Assembly (NCBI GenBank): GCA_030141605.1 | Contig: JAQGDQ010000255.1 | Coordinates: 181,746 to 245,745 of the forward strand | Length of the DNA stretch: 64,000 nt | Reading direction: 5' to 3' | DNA from: Tubiluchus corallicola | Taxonomy: Eukaryota; Animalia; Priapulida | Shown: positions 40,001 to 53,947 of the stretch, piece by piece | Layout of the letters: every line of letters begins with the position of its first letter | Position numbering within the stretch: position 1 is the stretch's first letter | Program-made: the position numbers and the translations under genes | The notes under the pieces: generated by a model | The model's database searches: none | What the model saw: only the letters and a program-made list of their open reading frames with translations | What the model was told of the DNA's origin: nothing

Positions 40001-43000
40001 GGGTAAACCAAACTGAGTTTTGGGGAAAAATCTCCGTCAATTTAGTTCAACGCAAAGACTTCAGAGGCAGCGGAGCGGTTATTCCCGACACATGTAAACA
40101 GCTTAGACTCAAAAAAGGGAAGCCCGGCATGCAAAGATATTCCATTCAATCAAACAATCAGTCAATCTCTCAATCCGTCAGACAACAGCAACCCGTCTTG
40201 TGCGCACATGTTGGCAGGGTTGCTATCTAAACATCTCAGCGCGTTGGTGTTTTTACTGGAGAAAAGTTCGCCGTTTTTCCCGGGTTTTCAAGCAAACATA
40301 GGTGATGCCAGCGGCGACTATCACAAGAACCGCCGAGTGGGGTCGCGACCTTCGCTGCTTCATAAGATTCATATGCATCTTATTAGAAAATTATCTTTGA
40401 TGTCCGGTCGATTTCGGACCTTACAAGATAAGATAAACGTTTATTTTACGTCGATTTTACAAACACATAACTACAAGCTGCAAGATCTTATGTCACCGAC
40501 GAATAAATAAAACTATACAGCTACGTTAAAAACTAATTAAATTAAATATTATACAGTTATGAAAAGACCACCAATTACTTCCATTGCCTACGTTTCCTAG
40601 AAAGTTTCGTTGTGCCAAGTTAACAGCCGTTCAGCTCCTTACTCAGAATGACCTTTGGAAATTTGTATAAAGCGTATTGCATTACAGTATGCATAGTATA
40701 AGAGTATACCACAGTAACTGACAAGTATATCTGTTTGTTTATACAGTGGCTAGGTTTTTTCGTTTTTTATTTGTTTTACATAATTGTAATAGGCCTGTAA
40801 ATAATATGTGTAACTCTGTATTGTATTATCCTGTTTACATCTGCATATCTTACCATATATTAGCCTGTTAGCTTTGAACCCGCGAAGCCATGCAGTAGTC
40901 TTCTAGCCACCCTACGCCCCAGTGTTGCATAAACCCTACGTTATTATACGAAATCCTACAAAAGTGCAAGTTTACTGATGGAAAAAATGGGAATACAAAC
41001 TGGAATATTTTCATGAGAACAACTCTTGCTAATTTTACTTCATACGTCAGAATCACAAGTGCTTTAAACCGCTTACATAAACACAAAAATGTTCGCTTTT
41101 AAACTTCCTGCTTGTTCTCAATAGATGACGCCATACGCCTCGCCTAAAATACGGTAACAAGCATGTAAAACGTATCACTACCTAGAGAAGACTATATGAA
41201 TTAAAAGCAGCCAGTGATTTTGTCAAAGTTATCAAGAAAACAAGCAGGAGTTCATAGAGAAGCAACTTTGGCGAAAAAAGCTAAAAAATACTATGTAAAC
41301 CTGTATTCGTTGAATTTGCTCTATACTATTTAGCCTAGATGCAGAATTTCAGTCTGCACTGACAGGGAGGCCTGAAAATTTGCGTATGTGAACACGAGCA
41401 GTACGAATCCTAAAAAGTAATAGCTGGTCTCTGCGTTTACACTGCAGTTTTCATCGCCATGTCACGTGATCAGAGCTCAGCGAATCGATTTGTTTGACAG
41501 CTATTGAAATGTTTATCGGAAATCCATTAGATATGACCGCCTGAGCGCATACTTGATGCTTATCACTTACATATACAGTAGCAGCACAAGTCATCACCAA
41601 CAAAGCAAAAGTTTTCCTGTGAATGACTTGCCAAGCTTAAAAATGGGGACGTTTACAACGTTCACAAAAACTACTACACAGTTTTACTGGAAAGAGACGA
41701 ATATGCCCATTTACTGGATTACTTTATACGTTAGTTCAATAATTATTACTTTCTTGTGTGCGCTTGTTGTGATATGTGTGTTGTAATAATTGTATTTATA
41801 GCAGCCATATTTAGTTTAATTATGATATGTTTTAGTAGTTTAGAATGACGTAATTGCCAATTTACAGTCTAGCAATCATAAACTTCTGACTGGTATGCTG
41901 TAACATTGTTTGTCGCAGTACGTATATTCAATTGCTTGTCAAATGCAAGTATTTAAATGGCAATAAAGATTTTATGAATCAGTCCATCTGCTTCTACGTA
42001 CTGCATTTCTACGGGGATCAGAACCCAGGTGATTGTGAAATTGTCAAGGATTGTCTCTAACTCTCTACTGAACAAGTAGATGCGTTTTAGCCGAACCCAC
42101 TGTCCTTCAGCTGCGTAGATAAACGCTGGCGCAGAATGGCGGACGAAACAGTCCAAAAACAACTCTCTTGGCAGTCGCCTATCCACTTATTAACCTGTCT
42201 GGGCGTTGCTTAACTTTGGCCGTTAGTCAAACACTTTGACCGCTCACCTAAATTCCGTCACCCTAATACTTTAACATCGTCGTCGTCGTTGCAAATTCAC
42301 TCGCATTGGGGCATTTTCTCAAATGCAAATAGCCATTCAAAAACTAGTTATTATGTCATAGCTTTTCTGCGTGGGTTTCCCTGCAGGAAGACTGAATTTT
42401 CACGGGTCACAAGAAGGAAGAATTTGTTTTAAAAGGAAGAGAAAAACAAGAAGTGTAATTTAGCAAATGGTAGTAAACACGTGACTATTGATATTTCCTA
42501 AATCAAAAAAAAGGAAAGCGAGGAAGAGAGGCTAAAAAAACAGAGTCGTCAAGAAAAAATCTGCAGATTCCTTAATAAAAAAATGATAAGTTTAAAAGCC
42601 ATAAAAGTTAACAGAACAACAATGAACATATATATTTTATGCACGAAAAAAATTTCGTTTAAATATTATGTTTTGTTTTTGCTGAACTTTTAAAAATGGG
42701 TTGTCTAAAATTGTATTTTCATAACAAAGAAAATGATTTTTTTCCAAAATTTAGTGCTTTAAATGAAGAAGAAACAAGTTTTCATGTTTCTCTGTCTACT
42801 TGGAAAACAAAGACTTTTTATTATTTTCATTGTCGTTCTGTTAAGTTTTTATTGCTTTTTGGCTTGTAATTTTCGTGTTATTAAAGAACTTGCAGGTAAA
42901 GTTTTTTCTGGACGACACTGCACTTTTGCCACCAGTACTTTAATAATCACCACCTCCTGATTTCTACGGTTAGTCTTGTTTCAGTTTTTAGTTCATATCC

Positions 43001-44448
43001 CAAACAAAGCCCCAAAATTTATAGTAGTCAGGTGTAGATGATGAAACACTAATTTTTTCCAAAAATAGGACATGTATAGCAAAGCTCTGTCCACATTTTC
43101 ACTGTTCAGCTACTTGTGTTACAAGCAATTTAATATATTTTTTACCCTATTGCGGGTGCCTTTAACACTTCTGAGGCTCTGAACAGCAGCAAGGACCGAT
43201 TAAACACAAAAAAACTAATCAGTAAATAGCCCTGACCAAGCTGATTACTATACCATCGCCTTAATCCGTACGTTAATATACATTTTCTAATCAAAGAGTT
43301 ACTAATCCTCTGTTCCTATCATAGATATACAAATCGACGCGTGTGTACCATGTATTTGGGAAAAGCTTCTTAGTTAGTGTGTAAAGTAAAGCAATAATCC
43401 TTGAATAGATATTTGCATAAACCATCACATCTTTGCTAAGATCTTAAAACGAGTAAGAACAAAAGATAAACGTGCGAACGACTTAACGGCAAAAACGGGA
43501 AAATTAATTGCAAAATTAACGAAGAAGCCTTCTTGATTTGATTATGCAATAAATATTTGACGAGGATGGGTTAAATGCTAGTAATAGACAGGCATGCTTT
43601 AAGGTAAACAAGCATTTTAGCGCTTTTTAAATATATATGCAAAATAAATGTAAATAAATGTGTTGGGTTTTTGCTCATGAAATTACTTGCAAATAATCAC
43701 ACATCTGCACTTTATTAACATTAACTAATCATATACTGACAGTTATTACTTTGGAGGTATGAAAATGTGATCAGAGAATCCATGCCTTTTTAACCTTATT
43801 GAAATCAAAACTCTGCTGCCGCCTAACCCAGTATTGTTTTGTGATATTTTGTGAAAAATAATTATTACAAATCTAGACTACACAGCTCCTGGAAACTAAT
43901 TAGGCAAGACATTAATTAAACGTTATGCTATTAATTACTTGCCTTCTAACATAGATGATGGAGTTGAAAAATAGTAAAAGATTAAAATGGTTTACAAATC
44001 AAAATGTATCAGAAGCTTTAGATTATTATTTGAACTCTACTTTTCCCACTTTATATTAAACTGCTGCAATCATGCAGGTGTTCTAGAAAAAGCATCGAAA
44101 CTCAGATTCATTTATGCCACATTTTTTGTACCAAAAGTGACTTAGTTATCATATTCCTAGACTCCAGCAACCCTCACAGCTGTAACACTAGTGAACACAA
44201 AACGGTGAAAAACAATTCAGGGAGTTGGGCAACCACACACATTTATAACACCAGACAGGGAATAGGTTTCACTGAAGTAGTCAGTGACATTGAGTGTGGT
44301 GTTCAAAGTCAAACTAGTACAGATTTCATGGCAGTTGTTAGGTCAGTTAGACACTAACTAATAATTGGGCAAATTACAAAAGCAACTTTTCAAATTAAAA
44401 ATTTAAAGTGCATCTAGAACTCTTGGTAAACTATAGTACTCTAATACC

Positions 44449-44975
44449 CAGTGGCGGCTCATGTATAGGTATTGTGGAACTACAACACCCCCTATTTTCA
44501 GTCAATACTATCGATAATATTCAATATAATAAGTCGCTTTTCTTTAGTTCTTTCTTTATGCTTGTATGGAGCCAGAGCACATGAGGGCAGTATTGTTTGC
44601 TTCACAGCCAAGCACAGTGGTGTGTTATGCCTGATGTGCGCATGTCTGAGATAATCTGCACTGCTAGTGTCTGCTGCTAGGTAGAGAAAGTACTGTCGCT
44701 CACACAGTTTGTTGTCAGTTGTCACGTGCTTAAAAACCGTGTACTGGCATAGTCTTAAACTGCGACAATTTAGGCTATTTATAAGCAAAAAAATTTTTGT
44801 TTAGGGTTTTATCAAGTTTAGGTATAAATTTTTGTATGTTTGTTTGTTTAAAATTACAATTACAAATTACAACATTCAAATTACGTATGTTTCTTTCATT
44901 TTACACAGTGTTAAAGCAAGGGCTAAAAATTTTCTGAATCATGACCCCACCAATTTTAACTACGGGCCGCCACTG
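44449..44975. mobile_element. Non-autonomous hAT MITE, 527 bp
   Basis: Perfect 10-bp TIR CAGTGGCGGC / GCCGCCACTG. The 8-bp flanks CTAATACC and CTAGTATC match at 6 of 8 positions (aged TSD). Confidence 0.8.
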
Positions 44976-45934
44976 CTAGTATCACCTCGTTTAATCATGT
45001 AATTATGATAATTTAATACATCTTTACTTTATTAATGGTCTGGCAAATAATTGGAATGAAAATCTTCCATCATTTTGTTCTTCATACATTGTAGTTATAG
45101 TACTTAAATGATGGAGAGACTGATGATAATGTCTACCTACGGTGACAGAGAGACTAAATGGATTATGAAATCGAAAACTAATAACATTCTCTAAAACTAT
45201 GACTATTTAATGGAAGTGTTGAACAGAAAGTTTCACAATGAAACACTTCAGAAGAAAAACTTAAAGGAAGACAGTATGATTTTTCATATACTACCCCATT
45301 TTCAACTCTGATAAAAAGTATACATTTTAACACAATTAATACTGAAAAGGCGTTTCTGATAATTAAACAATATATTAAAAAATAATATATTAAAATCATA
45401 ATTTTCAAGAGCAAAAATATTCCCGAGCATGTTGCACGTGTTTGTGAAAGCGAGAATTGACATACAGTGCTACTGTAAGATATTCAGTGTGTTGTACTAA
45501 AACTAGGCAAGTTTTAAGATGAAAATTCCAATTTCAAATTTACCTCTGTGCTCATGCATGAGTTCATCACAAATTAACACACCCGAACTGAGAAGTACAT
45601 CACCTGTTTTTTTGTGCAATGTGTTTCAGAAATGCAGATGCTAGTGTCCGTCTAACCAGAGAATGGCAAAATGCATGTAACAGCAAAGAACCAGTAGCAC
45701 AAACATGAAACTGTGTTTGCATGGTAATAATTCTTTCACTTAAGTCGTTTTTGAAAAAATAGTATGTTTCCTTTTAACATTTTAAAGAGCAGATTGTTTT
45801 GACCTGCAGCTTAAAATTGAGTCCGGTTTTACTTTAACCGTCACACAACAACGTTTTTAGGAGTAAAAATAAAAACCACTAAAACACGGATTAAATGAGT
45901 CCAACTAACCTTGTATGAGTAACACAGTACGTAC

Positions 45935-46084
45935 CTTAAGGACGTCAGAAAGCGAGTTGTTGCTATTAGGAAACCAAAGCTGTGCTGGACAAATTCAAAT
46001 AACTGAGCTTCCTCGTCCAATGGACATTGAATAAGGCTAAAATGCTGAGCTAGTTTATCTATGATGCCCACACTGACAACGTAG
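45935..46084 (-). CDS. SCAPER: SCAPER coding exon (150 nt, phase 2 to 2): YVVSVGIIDKLAQHFSLIQCPLDEEAQLFEFVQHSFGFLIATTRFLTSL(R)
   Basis: Lies inside ORF 45841-46197. Acceptor tttatttcag, donor gtacgt. Resembles human SYVVNMGLIDKL...VQGPVDE as recalled. Confidence 0.93.
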
Positions 46085-47240
46085 CTGAAATAAAAAAAGA
46101 AATATTTAGCTTTTGCATGACTTGTTGTGAACGACAAACAAACTGATAGATAGATAAAGTGCTGAATGGCTGGACGGATGGGTGGCAGGACTAACAAATA
46201 AAAAACATGCAGGCAATGTAATGACCAGCAAATAAAATAAGAAAAACAAAATTTTTTAACTCAAATTTAATTTTATTCGCCAAATTTTCTCCAACCTTTA
46301 AGCTATAACAAAAATTGGGTGAAGTGCTAAACCTGCATGAAATTTCACTCACATGGTTGGTGTGAATTTGCCATAGCAACACAGGTACTTGTCATATTAT
46401 ACACCTGTCAGATAAAACATGCTGCAGCAAGTGTTATCTGTTTAGTAAACTATCCAGAGCTCATTTTGTGTTGATGTCAACTAAAGGAACTAATTTTGCC
46501 ATACTAAAGTAAAAAACAGTGGTGCTTTGTCTTGAGCATATTCTTTGATTAAGCAAAATCAGTAAAATAAAAGCTAAGGGTAATGGTTTCCGTTAACTAA
46601 ATGATAATATGATATAAGATGATGATACATTATATGGTGACACAGTTTGTGTTCGGAGTGCCATCTACTGACAAAGAAGGAAGCCCTGTGAACTGGTGGT
46701 TCTTTTAACTGTATCAATGCCAATTTCACATTCCTGCCCTGCAGTTTGTAAGGAAAAGTTACACTGGTGAGTTTGTGTGTCTGTGTTTGTTATCCCTCTG
46801 GTTAGCAAACCATTTGTTTATCTGTAGTTTTCAAACAAAACAGCGATTTAGGTCTCTGCATTCCAGCGCACGGGGGCGTTGCTTAGGGCGCGATGTGCGT
46901 CAGGCGCGCACGCGATTGCTACATCAACTCCTGTTTGTCTTGGCTTCGATTTCAGAAATACTATACAACGTAATTTGTGTATTTTTCCTAGGAATCTTAA
47001 TGCAAAGTATTCGCAGCCCAACAGTGTATCGTCTTAGATGGGCCACTCAGCAAATTCCTGCATAATTAGCACATTCAAGGGTGAGAGCATGGGCAGGTAT
47101 ACAAACCAGGGAAATTGTTGCAAGCACGTAATTATAACTAACTGAAAATGACTGGCACTTGCAAACTAAAATAAGCCAGGAACAAACTAAGTTAGCTTTT
47201 TATATTTCAAGTGGCGACGACCAAGTCGATGAACATGACA

Positions 47241-47493
47241 GGCTGGTATAGCTCAATGGTAGCGTGCTCGCTTTTCACCCGGGAGGTTGCAAATTCAACT
47301 CCCGACTGAGTCATGTGAAAGACTTAAAAATGGCACCATTGGTTCTTCGACGAAACACGCGGGTTTATTGAAGTAACATGTGGGTAATAATAATCAGTAC
47401 CACCTTGAAAATAAGTATCGAGTTACTTAAGTGTCTCCAGACTACGTCCTAAATGAAATTATTATTATTATTATTATTATTATAATAGTAATA

Positions 47494-47523
<30 letters not shown>
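47241..47523 (+). mobile_element. tRNA-derived SINE with (ATT)n tail, possibly of Meta-SINE type
   Basis: Head GGCTGGTATAGCTCAATGGTAGCGTGCTCGC with an A box and a degenerate B box (AATTCAACTCCC). Body AAAGACTTAAAAATGGCACC...AAACACGC. 3' (ATT)n tract at 47458-47523. Confidence 0.75.
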
Positions 47524-47524
<1 letters not shown>

Positions 47525-49405
47525 GAATGAGTTTTTAGTTTATATATAGAAAGATAATAAGGGCCAATTATGAATATCTATTAAGATACAGAGGCTATCA
47601 AACCACAGGTATATTAAATCCAATGATATACTTGAAATTACTTTAAGCTGCCCAGGCATGCATTGGGGAAGAACATGGTAAAGGAAAAAAATAATATTAA
47701 AAGTTTATCATAATTCAGTTGATCAGATTCCGGAGTTTTACACGACTTGTTAAATGTTCCATTGCTGTAAAAGTTTTTTATTTTGGCATTATAAGTATAA
47801 AACAGTATTTTTACTGGAACAAGTAGTAACTCGTCGAGTACTAGACGGCTTGGATGGACCAAATATGATGTAGACATAAACACAACAATTTAATTTTCTT
47901 CTCTCAAACATGCAATGCAAAAACCAACAATTACGAATAGGGAAGACTGTTAGCGGTGCAGAAGAAAGGACAGCGAGGGGCCATAAGGGTCGCCGAGTCT
48001 GCTGCCCCAATTAACAATCTAAAAAGCATGACAAATGAGAAGTAATAAGGCAAAAAATTACGGAAAACAGCCAGCATGCAAATGAAACAATAACACGCAT
48101 GGAACAGGGGTATTGTGTTATGACTACAAGCAACACATTTAACAAAACAACATTTTAGAATAGCGAGTTATTGCGACATAAAAGGCAAACCTGTAAACTA
48201 AACAGTGACACGCACAGTATTACGACACGCAGGTAACCTAGGAAAATATTTTCTGATTCAACAACGTCGGTGGGTTGGAGGGAGGGTAAACTGATTTGAG
48301 GTAGGGAGGGAGGGTGATGTGTGGGTAAGTATTGCCTTTTGGATGATGGTTCCTAGAAAGAGAAATGAGCCAAGCCACTCGGTCGTAGAGGGAGCTAAAA
48401 TGTTAGATAAAAATTTCACATATAGTCAAAAAGTAAAGCCATGTAGATTTAAATCGTGAATATTGTAATACAAAAGAAGCTAACATGCTGGAACGCCCAA
48501 AAGAAGAGATCTACTAAGAATCACCTTAAATTGGTCAAAAATATTAACATGCAAGGAAACATAAGTGATGAAAAGTCCATCTAGAAACCTTTTTGGAGAA
48601 GAAAACACTTGTATAATTGAGTTCTCTAAAGACAAGAAAAACACATGCCAAAAATGCATACGTTTCTTTGTTCACAAGTCACACACTGTAAGTTCATGTG
48701 GATTATGTACGTGTACTTATTTTGATGCTGTAAACAAATACAATAGGTGTATCAAAAAGACTTTTCCTATTGGTGTACACACATGTCTCATAAAGACATA
48801 TGGGTTGCCAAAATCGCCTTGCAAATACTAAATAACAATGTTCAATTTCAGAAAAGGTAGCGTAAGAGTGTCTAGTGATATGGTTCTTAATGAAAAATTT
48901 ATTAAAGTTCGTTTACAATTTATTAGCGCTGAAAACAGGTTTCAAACCAAATATTCCGACAACTGAACTAGTGTGCAAATTCACCCGGATCCGTGTGGTT
49001 TGGTTCCTTTGTACAGGTCTTTTTGTATAATATATTTGATAGATAACTGTTTTGTTTGTAATCTTGCCTTAAAGTACAAGAAAGCACTCTCCAAAAATAA
49101 AGGTTAAAAATTCATCTTGAACATATGTATCACTTACATACTATGTTATTGCATACAGAGCTTGTATTAGCAATAACGTTATACAAAACTAATAAATTTA
49201 AATTCTTGTGATGACCGTTAGCCATAGCCATTTCAATGTTAAAACATTTGAAACAAGTTTAGACAACATTGCATAAAGTTTAAAAATATCAGAGTGATCA
49301 CAGCATTATTAGCCACTCTTCGCTAGCTAAGCAAAGGTTTAAATTAGTTTATACTGTCAATGAGATCAGTAACGTATTTTCTTTGCTGAGCCAGTGATGC
49401 TGGGG

Positions 49406-49580
49406 ACTGGGATGGCAATGCAGTGCTATTTCAGCAGGTGGCGCGAATACTTAATACTTTAAATTATTACGAATTTTGTTCTTCAAGTCTTTCAAACAGG
49501 TAAGCATAATAATAAGTAATATAACTTTGTATGGAAATTAAATTCTTTGGGGATATACTTTACAATTCCCTTTTTGTTCC
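49406..49580 (+). repeat. Interspersed repeat, copy 2 (unclassified)
   Basis: Has an identical 20-bp start and colinear similarity to 13487-13660. Confidence 0.75.
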
Positions 49581-50566
49581 CTTTAAGTAATCAATGATAA
49601 AAACAAATAGACTTTACAAACGATTGTTACAAAATCTCTTTTAAATAAAGATTAGTTAACATAATGCTCATATTTGCAAAACTGCATTATACTGTATGAC
49701 TTTATTCACCTGGACAAATGCACCTAATATTCTTACCCTTTGTTTTCAGCCTACATTAAACTCGGCTTTTGGGGCTTTTGTGAAGGAAGGGAGGTTTCAC
49801 AATAGCCGGAGCATGTCAAATGTCATTTTGACGACAAAACAAGCAACAAATAAAAGAACCATTGTCATTGCATGTTATTAGTGTAGACATCCAGACTGAC
49901 AATAGCATTATTGAATGAGGTTAGGGATAAATGGTCTTTTAGTTGCCATGCAGACGGCCAAGAATAAAAATGGAAATTTTGTTTGAGGATTTGAATGATC
50001 CAAATGGAGCAGTGACATTATATGAAGTTGACGTTGGACCATTCATTCATGCTATGTATGGAAGATCAATTGTATGCTATGTATGACAAATATGGCAGCA
50101 GCAGAACATAGAGTTTTTCCTTTAAAAATGTTATTTTACTGATATATGTTAAGTGGTTCCATTAAATTAATGTTTGCAATGTGTCACGTAAGACTAATTT
50201 AATGTCTAAGTGGTGACAGTGCTTTAGTGACTAAAGTTAAACAGACTCTGGCCAGCAAATGGATGAGTGACTGAACTCACCTATTCATCTCAGTAAAGGA
50301 TGATTTACATGCATTTGAACATGGCAAAGCCACTTCTGCTGGTTCAGCATCTCATCTTAGTTTACAATTGATTTGAACTACAATCTAGTCTTTCTACAAA
50401 GCATGTACAATAATTAGACTCCCTTGCGGTCCTACAAAAGATATTTGAGCACAAAAACTGATTATTTATATAAGTAAGTATGAAAAGCAAAACTGCTTTT
50501 TTTTGCCTAGCCTCTAATTTACTGTTCAGCTATGGTATCTATGGGCGTAACTTCAGTAACATGTAC

Positions 50567-50787
50567 CTCAACACATCATGTCCTCTTGATGTAAAACTGT
50601 CTCCCTGGTTGTTGCTGGTTGTCTTCACGGGCATCGTCTCACTGTCACCTCTACTGGCTTTTTGTGACAGACATGACAGCAGGGTGGCCAGGAGTTGAAA
50701 TACCGCAGTTGCCGCAGAATCGTGGAGGGCGCTGGTGTCAGTTGGAACGAGTGGTGGAGATTCTGAACCATTGTCTGGAATGACTAG
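50567..50787 (-). CDS. SCAPER: SCAPER coding exon (221 nt, phase 0 to 2): LVIPDNGSESPPLVPTDTSALHDSAATAVFQLLATLLSCLSQKASRGDSETMPVKTTSNNQGDSFTSRGHDVL(S)
   Basis: Acceptor ttttacag, donor gtacat. Open frame ending QGDSFTSRGHDVLS, against human QGDPFNNRVQDLIS as recalled. Phases fit both neighbours. Confidence 0.9.
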
Positions 50788-50985
50788 CTGTAAAACAAAA
50801 CTGTTTTAAGCAAAAACTATTTTTAACATGTAAATACAATTCTTCAAGTGAACAATAATTTGCTATCAGGACTTAACAGTGAACTACAAGAATCTTGGTG
50901 GAAATTATTTATTTCTTTATTAGTCATTCTGGAACTAAAACGCAGCATTTAGTGTAAAAGACTGCTTACAAGAACTGGCTATAAC

Positions 50986-51366
50986 CAGCCCCAGATTATC
51001 CTATAGGCTAGTACAGGCTGCAGCCTAGGGCCCCTTAAGTTCGGGAGGCACTCAAGCTTTGGTAACATTTGATAAAACATGTTTGTTCACTTCAGTTGTG
51101 TTGAAATAAGTGCTAATTTGGTTTGCAATAAACAGTAAAACAGAAGTATTTCTTAAAGAATATTTTTACTGACAAACAAAATATAGCTATTCCAGTTTAT
51201 TCAAAGAATTCGCAGTAAGTTTATTGCAAGATACGTAAATGTTGCTAAAATATATCAAAAGTAAAATATATTCAAGACAGGTGGGGGCGAGTTAGGCTGG
51301 CCACGTCTTAGGGGGCCTACATTTTTCTTAGCCCAGTGGCCCCAAAAATGTCGCAATTCGGCCCTG
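50986..51366. mobile_element. Non-autonomous hAT MITE, 381 bp
   Basis: Imperfect TIRs CAGCCCCAGATT / AATTCGGCCCTG with GGGCCCC-type subterminal motifs. A perfect 8-bp TSD, GCTATAAC, sits at 50978-50985 and 51367-51374. Confidence 0.85.
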
Positions 51367-52600
51367 GCTATAACTTTTGTAGATTCAGAATTACTATTAG
51401 ACTGAAATAATGACAATCAAAAAATAAAATAAAATAAAAAAACACAAAAAAGCTGAACCAACAATAACAGCAACAGTGGCGAATGAATTACTACACATAA
51501 ACAACAAATGCTATCAAAACAATAACACCACTAACGGCGACAGCAACAACGACGACAATAACAATAACGATAGTTGAACAACATGATGGCAATGGCGACA
51601 GAAGCATTAGTAGCTGCACAAAGTTTGTTTTACTGCAACTGCATAATAATGACAAACGTTCTAATACTTCAAGAATGAATAATTCATTATTAAATCGTAT
51701 CAGTTCCAAAAGAAATGGCTTTTTCGTCTTCTCCTAATTATGAATTTCAGTTGAACTAAGTTCTCAGCACCTGAACAGACGACAATAGAATCTCAGCAAA
51801 CCACAAGTGCAAAATCAGAGAACGATTGAGCGATTTTATGTAAATTACGCTTCGCACATGATTAATAGAGTATGTCGTATTGTGAAACGAAAACGCATTA
51901 GAGATACCTTTTATGAAGCAGTGGAACACTAAAAACCAGCGGTAATGCAATTCTCAGTTAATTAAAGGTAATACCTATAGAGAGCAAGAGAGAGGCTGGG
52001 AGAGAAACAGTGAGACAGAGAAAGAGAGAGTGAAAGAAAGAGAGAAGAGGAACGAGGAAGTTAGTAAGATATATATGTCATATCCTCGATGGTTCAGTTG
52101 GTAAGGAACGCCATTAATTACGTCTTTAACCTATTATTTAATTATCCGAAACACTCTGGCATTATTATAGGTGTTAAATGTGTACTTATTATTAAATAAC
52201 CAGTTGTGCACATCTCTGGTAATTTTAATTTTAGTTGAGGTCAAGATTATCATTGTTACATCACATTGTTTATCTCTCTTCGCCCTTCTTTTCCCTCTAG
52301 TCGCTGTCACTACTAGCAATTTCAGCCTCATCCAATTTTACTAACTAATCACTGTTTCACTGTCAGAGTCTCACTTACAAGCTTTGGCTTTTGAGGGCTC
52401 TGCAGCACATCACATAATTGTTGTTATTACGACTAATGGGATAAGATGCAGCAATTTTTTTCCATCTGATAATTTATTTGTCTAACTATTGTTGACAAAA
52501 TATCGCAAAACTATTTTGCTATTGTACTTTGCAGTATTGTATTGTAAGCAATAGTTTCCTTGTATGGAGTTACGTTATTGTGCTGGTCAAATGAATAAAT

Positions 52601-52742
52601 TGTTATTATTATTATTATTATTCTTATTATTATTATTATTATTATCATTATAATCATCATAATCATCATCATCATCATCATCATCATCGTCGTCATCATC
52701 GTCATCACCATCAGTGGGGTCGTCGACAAAGACGACGACGTT
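52601..52742. repeat. (TTA)n-(TCA)n-(TCG)n compound microsatellite
   Basis: Directly visible. Confidence 0.95.
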
Positions 52743-53719
52743 ACTATTCTTCAAGATGGGGTAAAATCTGAAAAATCATCCTGCTTTCCTTTAAGAAGTA
52801 ATGTACCTCGTCCTCTTTTCCCAATATGGAAGAAGCATGTCACTAATATTACTCGTCGCTAAGCATAGGAAGCTCAGGTAGTAATTACATCGCATTAGTA
52901 TAACTAAAAAGGCATTGTTTTTACATGCTACAATTCCGATAAATAGAAAAGTGACAGTGGAGTAAACCGATTGAGTGTGATAGTGCATTTCAGACCAGTA
53001 CCTAAAACTTTGCCGTAAACGAGTAGGTCAAATTTCCGCTTGACGCCAAAAGACCCCAAAATCAAATGTCATCATATTTATGCATGGGAGATAACGCACA
53101 AATGAAAAAATAAAATTATATAAAATGTTAAAAAATGAAATGAAAAATTGAGCTAACTTAGCAAGAGCTTTGCGATGAAGTATAAAACAGGCAGGAACTC
53201 AGTTGACAAGCACGCGGATAATTTTACTCAGTAGCCATTATGAAGCGGGTCATAAACATGATTTTAAACGTGCCAGCATCAATTAGTGCACAACTCTTTC
53301 TCTATGCCCTCAGCTGAGCGCACGCTCTTTGTGATGGAGCTACCTATTGCGTGTTTAATGCACTCTGCCTCTCAGACGGCTAAATTAATGCAAATTAAGA
53401 GAGAATACTTTAAAGGTCCGTGTTGCGTCATATGTCGACACTTTGTGGATCAGAGTAAGCAGGCTTCTGTGCGCTAGTTTAATGCAGGCTCCATTAGCGG
53501 ATGTCCTGTGAAATTACAGATGGAAGGAGGACGAGGACGTTAGGATAGAAGTGTTGACATGGTGGTAAGCTGAACAGCTGAAGTTAAGCAACGCTAGACC
53601 TGGTCAGAAAGTGCGCAGTCTGTGAACTGTGCAGTCTAAATGTTGTTGGTGTGTTTCATTTTTGAAACGTCACAGTGTCACGCTGATAAGACAATCTGTT
53701 GCATTATGCAGATATTAGC

Positions 53720-53947
53720 AGTGGTAGTGATGGCAACAGCAACAGCAGCTGCAACTGTAAAAATAACAGCAACAGCAGTAAACATAAACAAAAAAGTGAC
53801 AACCTACAACACCTAAACAGCAACAGGAACAGCAGAAACAAACACAGTGAAGGCAACAACGTCAATGACGACAACAATAACAACGGCAACCTTAACAACA
53901 AACAACAAAAAAATGACATAAAAAGCAACAACAAACAAACAAACAAA
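53720..53947. repeat. Degenerate (CAA/CAG)n low-complexity tract
   Basis: Directly visible. It produces the Asn-rich ORF 53699-54100. Confidence 0.85.

Noticed and set aside
47241-47312. Functional tRNA gene
   Set aside because: The B box is degenerate, there is no clean acceptor stem, and it runs into a SINE-like body and tail.
52083-52112. tRNA A-box-like TGGTTCAGTTGGTAAG
   Set aside because: Too short, with no B box or body following.
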